A stretch of DNA of 27,174 bases from a virus (Duplodnaviria > Caudoviricetes): the IMG/VR virus record IMGVR_UViG_3300030376_005442, positions 1-27,174 of that record, one strand, 5' to 3'. Shown piece after piece: positions 1 to 10,123 of the stretch. Both the position numbers and the translations under genes were made by a program. Each line of letters begins with the position of its first letter. The first letter of the stretch is position 1. The notes beneath the pieces were generated by a model. That model was not told the origin of the DNA, ran no database searches, and saw nothing but the letters and a program-made list of their open reading frames with translations.

Positions 1-2
1 TA

Positions 3-1748
3 GAAGGATACTGGTCTATGACTGGTAAGGCTGAGAAAGCAGCAGAAAATTACGCTAAAGCCTTAAAAGCTCAAAAAGATGAACAAAGACAAATAAATGA
101 TCTTGTTAAAAAAGCGCAGCAAAAATTGCCCCTTTCTAAAGCAGAACAAAATGACGCTCGAATATCATTAGCTAATCAAAAAGAAAAAGCTTTATCTGAA
201 GCTGAAGCGCAGAAGAAAGAATGGGCGCATGAGAGAAGGATGCGTCAATCAGAAACAAGAAGGAGAAAGAAACGTGAGGCAGAAAGAAAAGCAGATGACG
301 CAGCAAGAAGGAGGGAAAGACTCCAAGAAGGCTTAATGCTTGGTGTTGGTTTTCCTTTGTTATTTGGAGGAGGGCCAGGAGCCATTCTTGGAGGAGGAGC
401 TGGTGCGTTTGCTCAGTCTAAGATGGGTGAAGGCAAAGGATTTGGAGCGCAGATAGCGTTAAGTGCGGTAGGAGGTCAAATAGATCGAATTGCTGCTCAG
501 ATAATTAAAAACGTAATGGAAACAAGTAAAGCTGTTACTTCAACTGCAAATGCCTATGCTTTCTTAGAGGAAAAATCTTTATTTAGCTCTAAACAAATAA
601 AAGAAAGGGCTGCTAAGTTAAAGGAACAAGGAGACGTTGAAAAATTAAATACCTTGTTGTCAAAAGAATATATTAGACTTATAGGAAGGGAAGGTTTAAC
701 TGATCTAAAGAAAGCAGGAGAAGAAGCTGAAAAATTAAAAGAAGCCTGGGAAGAGTTGGCTTTAGCAATGTCAGCATTAATGGCAGGGCCATTAGGGACT
801 CTTTTGGAAGCTATTAATAAAACAGTTGAGACTGCAACTGGTGGATCAAAAATAAATGCGTTAATGAGAGATTTAATAGATCAAGGAGATAAGCCTATTG
901 CTCAGAAGATGCACGATGAAATGATGAACATGATGTATCCAACCAAGTTGGGTAAAATGTTTTCTACCGTTAGTCCTATGGGTATAGCAATGGATATACC
1001 TGCTGATCAACAAGCCGCTATATTGAAAAAGTATTCTGCTTTCAGGAAGGCAGGAGAAAAAGATTTGACTTTCGATGATGCTGGTGATTTAGGTAAAGGA
1101 AAGAAAGAAAAACTAACAGAAACAGAAAAAATAACAGCCGAGAGGAAAAGACTGGAATTAGTATTTCAGTATGGAGAAAGAGAGGCAGCTATCAGAACTA
1201 AAATAAAAAAAATACACGCTGATGTAAATAGCGAAAAAGCATTAGCTCTTCGTAAGGATCTGGAAACGATTGATAAATTAAAAGACATGAATGAGTTATA
1301 TAAAGGAATAGGACAGACAATCAAAGATGGGCTTGTTGAAGGTATTAATGCAGCAATAGATGGAACGAAGACATTAGGTGAAATTGCAAATAATGTATTT
1401 AGAAACATTAGTAATCAGTTAATTAGTTATGGAATAAATGCTGGTCTAAGTAAAATTCCTGGTATCGGAAGTATTTTCAAAGCAGCAGGAGGGCCAGTAT
1501 CAGGGGGATCTCCTTATATCGTTGGAGAAAAAGGCCCAGAATTATTTGTCCCAGGTTCTAGCGGTAATATCGTTCCAAATCATGAAATGGGAGGAACAAA
1601 TGTGGTCGTTAATGTAGATGCTTCTGGTTCGTCAGTAGAAGGTAATGGAGGGCAAGCAGAAGAGTTAGGAGGTATGCTGGCAGCAGCAGTTCAAGCTGAA
1701 ATTGCTAATCAGCAACGACCTGGAGGACTCTTAGCAGGTACACGTTAA
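3..1748 (+). CDS. Tail tape measure protein, C-terminal part (frame open to the left window edge)
   Basis: Long Ala/Lys/Glu-rich helical ORF with a Gly-rich hydrophobic segment (GVGFPLLFGGGPGAILGGGAG) and the typical tape-measure C-terminal motif AAGGPVSGGSPYIVGEKGPELFVP. It lies directly upstream of the gpM-like gene. There is no stop upstream of ATG 18 (frame reads EGYWS-M). Confidence 0.88.
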   Translation, partial: EGYWSMTGKAEKAAENYAKALKAQKDEQRQINDLVKKAQQKLPLSKAEQNDARISLANQKEKALSEAEAQKKEWAHERRMRQSETRRRKKREAERKADDAARRRERLQEGLMLGVGFPLLFGGGPGAILGGGAGAFAQSKMGEGKGFGAQIALSAVGGQIDRIAAQIIKNVMETSKAVTSTANAYAFLEEKSLFSSKQIKERAAKLKEQGDVEKLNTLLSKEYIRLIGREGLTDLKKAGEEAEKLKEAWEELALAMSALMAGPLGTLLEAINKTVETATGGSKINALMRDLIDQGDKPIAQKMHDEMMNMMYPTKLGKMFSTVSPMGIAMDIPADQQAAILKKYSAFRKAGEKDLTFDDAGDLGKGKKEKLTETEKITAERKRLELVFQYGEREAAIRTKIKKIHADVNSEKALALRKDLETIDKLKDMNELYKGIGQTIKDGLVEGINAAIDGTKTLGEIANNVFRNISNQLISYGINAGLSKIPGIGSIFKAAGGPVSGGSPYIVGEKGPELFVPGSSGNIVPNHEMGGTNVVVNVDASGSSVEGNGGQAEELGGMLAAAVQAEIANQQRPGGLLAGTR

Positions 1749-2095
1749 TGGCAACATTTCCTTCGATTACTCCGCAATATGGAGTTCAAAAAAGCTCAAC
1801 ACCTAAAAAACGTGTGGTTCGTTTTGCTGATGGTTACGAACATCGAATTATATTCGGGCTAAATGCACATACAAATCCAAAAATTTATTCTTTAAAGTTT
1901 GCAGTATCAGAAACAGATGCAGACACCATAGAAACCTTTTTAGACGCAAGAGCATTAGATCAAGCTAGTTTTGATTTTACGCCACCTGGAGAAGGTTCAG
2001 CTTCTAAATTTGTTTGCGAGTCATGGAGTAAATCTATTCCTTATCTAAATAGAGCAACAATTACAGCAACATTTAGGGAAGTATTTGAGCCATGA
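1748..2095 (+). CDS. Lambda gpM-like minor tail (distal tail) protein
   Basis: 115 aa with VRFADGYEHR..GLN, FDFTPP and terminal ITATFREVFEP motifs; located after the tape measure gene with a TAATG overlap. Confidence 0.9.
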   Translation: MATFPSITPQYGVQKSSTPKKRVVRFADGYEHRIIFGLNAHTNPKIYSLKFAVSETDADTIETFLDARALDQASFDFTPPGEGSASKFVCESWSKSIPYLNRATITATFREVFEP

Positions 2096-2670
2096 GCTTA
2101 GATCCTATTATTGATGACTTGCAAGGTCTTAATCCTTCAGCAATCATTGAATTATTTGAATTAGAACTCGATTCTGCTTTACATGGTAGTCAGACAATAA
2201 TGACTTATCGTTTTCATGCAGGAAGCAATGTCAATGCAAACGGTAAAATTATTTGGCAAAGCAATACATACTTAAGGTATCCTGTAGAAGCGAGTGGTTT
2301 TGCTTTTCAAAAAGGACAACTTCCTAGACCCCAACTGACAGTTAGCAATACTTTATCTTTACTTACTGCGGTAATGTTAGAGGTCAACGAGGTAACTGCT
2401 GGTAATGATTTAACAGGAGCAAAAGTAACAAGGATTAGGACATTAGCTAAGTTTATTGATGCTGCTAATTTTTCTGGAGGCAGTAATCCTTATGGCACTC
2501 CAGCTAATAATGAATTTCCAAGAGAGATTTATTATATAGATAGGAAAGCTGTTGAGAATAGAGATATTGTTACTTTTGAGTTAGCAAGTATTAGTGATTT
2601 GGCAGGAATTCGATTACCTAAACGTCAATGCACTAGAGCATTATTCCCTTCTATTGGTACGTTTGTATGA
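2092..2670 (+). CDS. Lambda gpL-like minor tail protein, short form without the Cys-rich C-terminal domain
   Basis: IELFELEL, YRFHAG, YPVEASGF, PRPQLTVSN, GAKVTRIRTLAKFID, YYIDRK and VTFELAS motifs; M-L-K-I-J synteny. Confidence 0.9.
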   Translation: MSLDPIIDDLQGLNPSAIIELFELELDSALHGSQTIMTYRFHAGSNVNANGKIIWQSNTYLRYPVEASGFAFQKGQLPRPQLTVSNTLSLLTAVMLEVNEVTAGNDLTGAKVTRIRTLAKFIDAANFSGGSNPYGTPANNEFPREIYYIDRKAVENRDIVTFELASISDLAGIRLPKRQCTRALFPSIGTFV

Positions 2671-3377
2671 CGGATTGGAAAGATAAAGCTTTAGAACACG
2701 CCAAAGAAGAAGATCCTAAAGAATCCGTTGGCTTGTTGTTAAATATTAAAGGTAAAAAAGTTTATTATCCTTGTCATAATTTATCGACTTACTCTCATCA
2801 ATGTTTTATTTTAGACCCAGAAGATTACGTTAAAGCAGATAGTTTAGGGCAAATAGTTAGTGTAATTCATTCTCATCCAACAACTCCAGCAGCAGCAAGT
2901 GAAGCTGATCGAGTTAGCTGTGAAGCAGGTGGATTACCGTGGCATATTGTTAATCCTAAGACAGAACAATGGGGATATTACGAACCAACAGGATATAGAC
3001 CAGCATTAAAAGGTAGGCCGTGGTGTTGGGGTATAACTGATTGTTATACGTTGGTTAGGGATTGGTACAGGGAAGAGAGGGGAATTGAATTAATTGATTG
3101 GGAAAGACCTGTTACACCTGAAGAGTTTTTAGAAAAACCAGTATTTGAAGAAGCAGCAGAATTAGCAAATTTTCGTTTACTAAGACCAGATGAAAAATTA
3201 GAAAATGGAGATGTCTTATTAATGTCAATTATGGGTAAAGGGTTAAACCATGCTGCCATCTTTTTAAATGGGGAAGTTTTACATCATTTAGCAGATCGCT
3301 TAAGTTGTCAGGAACCATACTCTGAATGGTTGCTAAAATGTACGGGAGGCAGGTATCGGTATGTTGAAAACGATTAA
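2667..3377 (+). CDS. Lambda gpK-like tail assembly protein (JAB/MPN domain plus NlpC/P60 domain)
   Basis: JAB motif E..IHSHP..S.AD in the N-terminal half; NlpC/P60 motifs DCY, HAAI and LHH in the C-terminal half. Confidence 0.92.
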   Translation: MTDWKDKALEHAKEEDPKESVGLLLNIKGKKVYYPCHNLSTYSHQCFILDPEDYVKADSLGQIVSVIHSHPTTPAAASEADRVSCEAGGLPWHIVNPKTEQWGYYEPTGYRPALKGRPWCWGITDCYTLVRDWYREERGIELIDWERPVTPEEFLEKPVFEEAAELANFRLLRPDEKLENGDVLLMSIMGKGLNHAAIFLNGEVLHHLADRLSCQEPYSEWLLKCTGGRYRYVEND

Positions 3378-3972
3378 ACTGTATGGTGATCTAAAAGAGA
3401 TCACAGGATATGGTGAATTAGATGCTCATGTAAATAGTGTTGGAGATTCTATAAGGTTTTTATTAATGAACTGGCCTCAATTAGAGGCACACATGAATAC
3501 ACAACATTATCAAGTTTTAACTGACGGAACAGATATAGGAGAGGATGAAATTCATTATCCAGTATCAGAAGAGATCAAGATTGTTCCTGTGATTGCTGGT
3601 GCTGGAGGAAATACAGGAAAGATTTTATTAGGTGCAGCGATGATCGGATTGGCATTTGCTACAGCAGGAAGTTCTGTTGCATTGCAAGGTGGATTAATGA
3701 GTGCAAAAGGATGGGCTGCTGCTAGTTGGACGACTACAAGTTTATTTACCGTAGGAGCAGGTTTAGCAATAGGTGGAGTGGCAGGAATGTTATTTCCTGT
3801 TCCTAAACCAGAAAAGTTTGAAAACGATCAAGATCCACGAATTTCTTTTGACTTTGGTGGAACGCCAAACACCTCCAGAGCAGGAACTACTCTACCGATT
3901 GTTTATGGCGAGATAATGACTGGCTCGACAGTTATTAGTATGAACTTAACGACTGATCAGGTGACAGCATGA
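3361..3972 (+). CDS. Lambda gpI-like tail assembly protein
   Basis: IKLYGDL N-terminus, IKIVPVIAGAGG, Gly/Ala-rich hydrophobic middle, C-terminal N...G..LPIVYGE...GS.VIS. Confidence 0.9.
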   Translation: MLKTIKLYGDLKEITGYGELDAHVNSVGDSIRFLLMNWPQLEAHMNTQHYQVLTDGTDIGEDEIHYPVSEEIKIVPVIAGAGGNTGKILLGAAMIGLAFATAGSSVALQGGLMSAKGWAAASWTTTSLFTVGAGLAIGGVAGMLFPVPKPEKFENDQDPRISFDFGGTPNTSRAGTTLPIVYGEIMTGSTVISMNLTTDQVTA

Positions 3973-6900
3973 GCAAAATAATAAGAGGATCTGGTGGTGG
4001 TTTACCTAAACAACCTCCTAAACCAACCCGTGCGCCTGATACTTTAAACAGCAGGCAATTTGTAACGATCCAAGACTTAATTAGTGAAGGTGAAATCGAA
4101 GGTTGGGCTACTGCATCTAAAGAAAACAGAACAAAAGGTACAGCAGTTTATAACACTGCTGCTTTGAAAGATGTTTACTTAGATGACACTCCTGTTCTTA
4201 ACCCTAGTGCTAATTCAACAAGTCCTGCGTCTACAGATTACAACTATAAAGATGTTACTTTTATTCCCCGTTTCGGTACTGGCAACCAATCTCATATAAC
4301 AGGGATTCAGCAGTCTTCTAGTCCCATTTCTGGCTTCCCTAAACCTTGTACTGCTGCTGCTTCTGTAACACAAACCATAGGTGCTACTGCTGATGCTGTA
4401 CGAATTACTATTAACTTTCCTCAACTGCAAGAAGCAAAAGATAACGGAGATTTATTAGGTGCAAGTGTTCAAATAAGAGTATCTATTGAATACAACAATA
4501 GTGGTACTTTTACTGCTTTATTTACTGATACAGTTACAGGCCGTACTAGCGATTCATATTCTAAAGATTACAGAGTAGAGATCAATGGAAATTCCCCTAA
4601 AGTAAGAGTCGAGCGTGTGACGGGTGATAGTACAAGTGCCTCTTTGCAAGACTCTTTTAACATAATGTCGATGCAAGAGTTAATAGATGACAAGCAAACT
4701 TATAACAATACTGCTTATGCTGCATTAAAGCTTGATAGTAAAATAGTAAGCAATATTCCAAGTAGAAAATATAGAATTAGGGGTGTAAAAATCAGGATTC
4801 CAGGTGCAGGAGCAGGTGGTTCTGGGACACCAACTGTTGATAGTGCTACAGGTAGAATTGTTTATCCTGCTGGTTATATATTTAATGGCACAATGGGTGC
4901 AGCGCAGTGGTGTTCATGCCCTGCGATGGTACTACTTGATCTACTTACAACCGTTAGATATGGTTTAGGAGATCATATTGCTGATAGTAATTTAGATTTA
5001 TTTAGTTTTGTCGATGCTTCTAAATTTGCGAATGAATTAGTTGATGATGGTGAAGGAGGTACAGAAGCAAGATTTAGCTGTAATGTTAATATTTTGTCTG
5101 CAAGTGAAGCTTTTAATTTAATTGAAGAGTTATGCGGAGTGATGAGATGTATGCCTATATGGAGTGCAGGAACAATAACGATTGCACAAGATAAGCCTAC
5201 TGATGCAAGCTTCTTATTCAGTCTTGCAAATGTAACTGAAGAAGGATTTTCTTATTCTGGATCGTCTCTTAAGACCAGACATTCTGTAGTAGCTGTTAGT
5301 TATTACAATATGGATTCAAGAGAAGTGGATTATGAGGTTGTAGAAGATAGTGCGGCGAAGTCGAAGCTAGGAGTTGTTAAGAAAGATGTAAGAGCTTTTG
5401 CTTGCACAAGTCGTGGTCAAGCTCAAAGATTAGGAAAGGCAATACTTTTTACGGAGCAAAATGAGTCAGAGGTCGTTGCATTTACAACATCTGTAGATGC
5501 TGGAGTAACAATTAGACCTGGGGCTGTCATAGATGTAAACGATCCAGTTCGTAGTGGTGCCAGGCGATCTGGTCGTATAAAAACTGCAACTACAACTTCA
5601 ATTACTGTTGATGACATACAAGATTTGCATACGTTTGCGGGTGCAAATAAAAAAGTAAGCGTTCTAATGCCTGATAATTCTGTAGAGGTTAGAGATGTTC
5701 TAAGTACAACTAATGGTGTTATTACATGGGCTTCTGCTTTATCGGAAGTGCCAAATGTAAACGCAATATGGTTTTTAGTCAGCGATACAATCGAAGCTCA
5801 AAAATTCAGAGTAATCACAGTAGAAGAAGCTGATGGTATTAATTATAAAATTACAGCCTTATCGTACAGACCAAATAAGTACGCAAATATTGAAGAAGGA
5901 ATTGCTCTACCAGCAAGAAATGTTTCGGTCTTAAACGCACCAGCAGCACCTCCTACTTCTGTAAGTTTTGAGGAAAAAACTGTTGTAAGAAATGGAGTCG
6001 CCATATCAAGATTATTTGTTACTTGGGTTCCTGTTACTGGCGTTAGTCAATATTTAATCCAATATAGATTTGAAAATGGAAATTACGAAAGTCAAGTTGT
6101 TTTCAGACCTGACATCACAATAGATAACAGTGAATTAGGAAGATATGAGTTTGAAATATTTTCATTTAATGCAGCATTGCAAGTATCAAATACACCTTTA
6201 AGTCAAACATTTGACGCGGAGGGTAAAACAGCCCTACCAGCCGATGTTGCGAACTTAACAGCAGAGCCAGTTGGTGATCATTTAATGAGGTTGAGATGGG
6301 ATAAATCAACTGATGCTGATGTTTTGCACGGTGGTCGTGTTTACGTCAGGCACTCCAATAAAACAGATGGATCTGGTACGTTTGCAGGTTCAGTTGATCT
6401 TGTTAATGCTTTGGCTGGCAATACTTCTGAAGCAGTTGTTCCAGCATTAGATGGTGAGTATATTTTAAAATTCCAAGATGATGGCGGACGATTTTCATCT
6501 GGAGAAACAAGTGTCATTATTGATATTCCAGACGTAGGACAGCAATTAGCAGTTTTAACAAAACGAGAGGATTTATTAGGATCTCCCTTTAGCGGAACAA
6601 AAACAAATGTTTCTTATACAGGTGGAGCTTTACAACTAACAGATCCTTCGGCAAATCTGGCAGGAACGTATCAGTTTGCAGAAACCTTAGATTTAGGTGC
6701 TGTTTTTACGTTGACATTAAAAAGACATATTCAAAGTTTAGGTGTTTTAATTGGAAACAATATTGATTCTTGGGCCAATGTTGACGATGTTGCTAATTGG
6801 GATGGAGATCCAGCCAACGATACTGATTGTCAAGTTTATGTAAAGACAAGTACAAACGGTTCTAGTTATGGAGACTTTAATGTTTTTGCTAATGGAGAAT

Positions 6901-7274
6901 TTAAAGCAAGATCCTTTCAATTTAAAGCTAATCTTTCGTCAACTAATACAAACCAAAATGTTAATGTTCAGCAGTTAGGATATAGCGCAGTCTTGCAATC
7001 TAGGACTGAACAAAGTACAACAACAATCGCATCGGGATCAGGAGCAAAGAACGTAACCTTTACCAAACCTTTCTTCACTGGAACGGCAAGTTTAGGTGGA
7101 ACCAATGCTTATTTACCTTCGATTGGTATTACGGCTCAAGGCATGGCATCAGGAGATTTCTTTGAATTGTCAAATGTTTCGGGTACTGGTTTTACTGTTC
7201 ATTTCAAGAATGGACTATCAGATATAAATAGAAACTTCAGTTATCAGGCTGTAGGTTTTGGCAAAGGGGTATAG
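3969..7274 (+). CDS. Lambda gpJ-like tail tip / host specificity protein with FN3-like domains
   Basis: 1101 aa; IIRGSGG, DLISEGEIEG, P.RKY.IRG.KI.IP, LLT..RYGLG, E.RFSCN and AFACTSRGQA.R.GK motifs; FN3-like segments in the C-terminal half. Confidence 0.92.
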   Translation: MSKIIRGSGGGLPKQPPKPTRAPDTLNSRQFVTIQDLISEGEIEGWATASKENRTKGTAVYNTAALKDVYLDDTPVLNPSANSTSPASTDYNYKDVTFIPRFGTGNQSHITGIQQSSSPISGFPKPCTAAASVTQTIGATADAVRITINFPQLQEAKDNGDLLGASVQIRVSIEYNNSGTFTALFTDTVTGRTSDSYSKDYRVEINGNSPKVRVERVTGDSTSASLQDSFNIMSMQELIDDKQTYNNTAYAALKLDSKIVSNIPSRKYRIRGVKIRIPGAGAGGSGTPTVDSATGRIVYPAGYIFNGTMGAAQWCSCPAMVLLDLLTTVRYGLGDHIADSNLDLFSFVDASKFANELVDDGEGGTEARFSCNVNILSASEAFNLIEELCGVMRCMPIWSAGTITIAQDKPTDASFLFSLANVTEEGFSYSGSSLKTRHSVVAVSYYNMDSREVDYEVVEDSAAKSKLGVVKKDVRAFACTSRGQAQRLGKAILFTEQNESEVVAFTTSVDAGVTIRPGAVIDVNDPVRSGARRSGRIKTATTTSITVDDIQDLHTFAGANKKVSVLMPDNSVEVRDVLSTTNGVITWASALSEVPNVNAIWFLVSDTIEAQKFRVITVEEADGINYKITALSYRPNKYANIEEGIALPARNVSVLNAPAAPPTSVSFEEKTVVRNGVAISRLFVTWVPVTGVSQYLIQYRFENGNYESQVVFRPDITIDNSELGRYEFEIFSFNAALQVSNTPLSQTFDAEGKTALPADVANLTAEPVGDHLMRLRWDKSTDADVLHGGRVYVRHSNKTDGSGTFAGSVDLVNALAGNTSEAVVPALDGEYILKFQDDGGRFSSGETSVIIDIPDVGQQLAVLTKREDLLGSPFSGTKTNVSYTGGALQLTDPSANLAGTYQFAETLDLGAVFTLTLKRHIQSLGVLIGNNIDSWANVDDVANWDGDPANDTDCQVYVKTSTNGSSYGDFNVFANGEFKARSFQFKANLSSTNTNQNVNVQQLGYSAVLQSRTEQSTTTIASGSGAKNVTFTKPFFTGTASLGGTNAYLPSIGITAQGMASGDFFELSNVSGTGFTVHFKNGLSDINRNFSYQAVGFGKGV

Positions 7275-7298
7275 AATGATTGAAACTGTAGAAGATTA

Positions 7299-8447
7299 GT
7301 GTCTCAGGTCACAAACTACAACGTAGAAAATGCTGCTGGTAATGTTGTTCGACAAGACATTATTAATATTCTTGATGCAATAAAAACAAGTAATAGCGGT
7401 GGTTCAGATCCTTCAAACCCTGTAAAATTTATGTTTTACGGGAAATCAAGCGATGATACTTTAAGAATTTACGATGGCTCAAATTTCAGAGTTATAGGAG
7501 ATGTAGGAGAAGATAATTTAGGATTATTACCAAGAGCAGGTGGCACTATGACTGGTGTCATTTTAGCTGATGACGCTTCAGGAGCGAGTGCTCCCGCCAT
7601 AGCGTTTGATGGGGATGCCGATACAGGACTCTTTAGAAAATCAGCAAACACGATTGGGTTGTCAACTGCTGGAACAGAACGAGCGTTTATTGATGTTAAC
7701 GGTTTAACTGTTCAAGCTAGAGGTGATTTAAGACTTGCTGATTCAGATAGTAGTAATTGGGTCGCTCTACAAGCTGCTGCCACGATTGCTTCAAATGTTA
7801 CTTTTACTCTTCCCTCCTCCGATGGCTCGGATGGGCAGATGTTAAAAACAAATGGCTCGGGAACTCTCTCATTCACAACAGTTCAGGGTGTTCCTCCAGG
7901 GGCCGTTTTTTGTTTAGCAGTAGCGACTGTTCCTTCTGATTATCTTGAATGTTCGGGTACGGCTGTAAGCAGGACAACTTATGCTGCTTTATTTCAAGTT
8001 ATTGGTACGACTTATGGTGCAGGAAATGGAAGCACCACTTTCAACGTGCCAGATTTACGAGGGGAATGGATAAGAGGCTATGACCACGGAAGAGGAGTTG
8101 ACAGCGGTAGAGGAGTAGGGACTTCTCAGACATATCAAAACAATACTCACAGTCATGCAAAGGGTTCTTTAGGAGTTACGACAACAAACCAAAGCCATTA
8201 CCATAACTTCCCTGGTGACGATCAACTAAATCAATTCAACGGTGTTGCTGGATGGAATACAAGCAGTGATGGTAGTGCTGCTTATGATGCAACCAGTCGG
8301 GTCGGCAGTGGTCATTCGGCTCCCATGTGGCGCACAACAACAAAAGACACGAACCACAATCACGGAATTAGCGGTTCTACAGCAGCAACAGGTGGAACTG
8401 AAACAAGAGTTAGGAATATAGCGATGATGTATATCATTAAAACTTGA
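7299..8447 (+). CDS. Tail fibre protein with tail-collar domain and HxH-containing tip
   Basis: Collar motif VPPGAV..VPSDYLECSGTAVSRTTYAALF.VIGTTYG.G.GSTTFNVPDLRGEWIRG; terminal ETRVRNIAMMYIIK; GTG start. Confidence 0.88.
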   Translation: MSQVTNYNVENAAGNVVRQDIINILDAIKTSNSGGSDPSNPVKFMFYGKSSDDTLRIYDGSNFRVIGDVGEDNLGLLPRAGGTMTGVILADDASGASAPAIAFDGDADTGLFRKSANTIGLSTAGTERAFIDVNGLTVQARGDLRLADSDSSNWVALQAAATIASNVTFTLPSSDGSDGQMLKTNGSGTLSFTTVQGVPPGAVFCLAVATVPSDYLECSGTAVSRTTYAALFQVIGTTYGAGNGSTTFNVPDLRGEWIRGYDHGRGVDSGRGVGTSQTYQNNTHSHAKGSLGVTTTNQSHYHNFPGDDQLNQFNGVAGWNTSSDGSAAYDATSRVGSGHSAPMWRTTTKDTNHNHGISGSTAATGGTETRVRNIAMMYIIKT

Positions 8448-8479
8448 TGATTGCTAAACTATGAAAAAGTTTTAGTCCT

Positions 8480-8821
8480 ATGGCAGTAGCACCTGGAACG
8501 TATGACATGACGATCCAACGGAGGTCGGATCATAATGTTTCTGTCACGTTGAAAGATTCAGGAGGAAGTGCGGTTAATTTAACGGGTTACACTTTAGCCT
8601 CACAGATTTGGGATTCTGGACGTAGTGCAAAAGCTGCTGATGCAACTGTCTCTGTTACAAATGCTTCAGGTGGAGCGTTTGATTGGAAATTGACCGATAC
8701 TCAGACGGCTACCTTTAGTTCTGATGAATATAAATACGATGTACGTTTAACTAACCCTGCTGGACTGCATGAGTACTGGATAGAGGGTACTATTTATATG
8801 GATGAAGGATACACTGCATGA
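8480..8821 (+). CDS. Small beta-sandwich tail/baseplate adaptor-like protein
   Basis: 113 aa with VNLTGYT..SQI and YKYDV.L....EYWIEG.I patterns typical of phage fibre adaptors; located inside the tail module. Confidence 0.6.
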   Translation: MAVAPGTYDMTIQRRSDHNVSVTLKDSGGSAVNLTGYTLASQIWDSGRSAKAADATVSVTNASGGAFDWKLTDTQTATFSSDEYKYDVRLTNPAGLHEYWIEGTIYMDEGYTA

Positions 8822-9057
8822 CCACAGTCAATATCACAACTAATAAGAACACTGTAACTGTTGACGAAAGCAATAGTTCAGTCATAACGGTTGCGACTCA
8901 GGGACCACAAGGCCCAAGCTTTGCCTCTAGCGGAGTTGGTCTTGCCGATACAAATAGAGTAAATAAAAGTATAATTTATTATGACAGTGCTTCTGGCTCT
9001 TATAAAGCAGATAGTACATGGACAACTAGCACACTCACAGACGGAGGTAACTTCTAG
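8818..9057 (+). CDS. Small tail fibre-associated protein ending in DGGNF
   Basis: ATGA overlap with the upstream gene; short GPQGP collagen-like motif; C-terminal DGGNF. Confidence 0.65.
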   Translation: MTTVNITTNKNTVTVDESNSSVITVATQGPQGPSFASSGVGLADTNRVNKSIIYYDSASGSYKADSTWTTSTLTDGGNF

Positions 9058-10094
9058 TGGCTAACACGATCAGGATCAAAAGAAGCACTGGAAGCACAGC
9101 ACCTACCAGTCTTGAAAACGCAGAATTAGCGTATGCAGAAGGCAATAATATTCTGTATTACGGAACTGGTACGGGGGGAGCAGGAGGAACCGCTACAGCT
9201 ATTGAAGCTATTGGTGGAGACGGGTATTACAACACTCTTTCTACGGCTCAAACGATTTCTGGAGCAAAGACATATACAGGCACAGTTGATTTAAGTAGCG
9301 CAACCGTTCCAACATTTACTTGTTCTCAGAACTTAATTGTAAGTGGAAACCTAACTGTTTCTGGTACGACTACGACTGTCAACAGTACTACCACTACGAT
9401 TGCTGATAAAAACTTAGAATTAGCTAAAGGTGCAGCGAATGATGCGGCAGCCGATGGAGGTGGCATCACCGTGGACTCGGGAGACGGAGACAAAACTTGG
9501 AACTGGGTTAATGCAACTGATTCTTGGACTTCTAATCAAAGCATTGAAGCGGCTGGTTCTGGTCTTAAGTACAGAATTGATGGCGTTGATGTTGTAACGA
9601 AAACTGGATTAGGTTCGACTGTTGTCGGTAGTTCTTTAACTTCTGTTGGAACAATTGGGACAGGTGTTTGGGCCGCAACCGATGTTGCAATTGCTCACGG
9701 TGGAACAGGTGCAAGTACAGCAGCAGGGGCTTTATCAAATTTAGGATTAACAGCAACGGCGGCTGAATTAAATGCACTTGATGGAATCACTTCAACCGTT
9801 GCAGAGTTAAATGTTTTAGACGGAATTACTTCAACCGTTTCTGAGTTGAATATTCTCGATGGCGTTACGGCAACCGCCTCGGAAATAAATCATCTCGATG
9901 GGATCACTTCCACTGTTGCTGAATTGAATATTGTTGATGGTGGAACGTCTGCAACTTCCACGACTTTGGCAACAACAGACCGAATGGTTATCAATGATTC
10001 TGGGACAATGGTTCAGGTTGCATTGTCAGATCTGGTCACATTTTTAGAGAATGGATCGGTTTCAGGTTTTGACATTGATGGAGGAACCTACTAA
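9057..10094 (+). CDS. Tail fibre protein with Mtd-N-like anchor domain and 13-aa tandem repeats
   Basis: N-terminus MANTIRIKRSTGS..P..L..AELAY; GNLTVSGTTTTVNSTT motif; (A/S)ELNxLDGxT repeats; ends DGGTY; GTG start overlapping the upstream TAG. Confidence 0.75.
   Translation: MANTIRIKRSTGSTAPTSLENAELAYAEGNNILYYGTGTGGAGGTATAIEAIGGDGYYNTLSTAQTISGAKTYTGTVDLSSATVPTFTCSQNLIVSGNLTVSGTTTTVNSTTTTIADKNLELAKGAANDAAADGGGITVDSGDGDKTWNWVNATDSWTSNQSIEAAGSGLKYRIDGVDVVTKTGLGSTVVGSSLTSVGTIGTGVWAATDVAIAHGGTGASTAAGALSNLGLTATAAELNALDGITSTVAELNVLDGITSTVSELNILDGVTATASEINHLDGITSTVAELNIVDGGTSATSTTLATTDRMVINDSGTMVQVALSDLVTFLENGSVSGFDIDGGTY
9762..9940 (+). repeat. Degenerate 39-bp coding tandem repeat, about 4.6 copies
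   Basis: Units start at 9762, 9801, 9840, 9879 and 9918 and encode AELNALDGITSTV, AELNVLDGITSTV, SELNILDGVTATA, SEINHLDGITSTV and AELNIVDG. Confidence 0.9.
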
Positions 10095-10123
10095 CTACAA
10101 TTACTACATAGGAGGTAGGTCAA

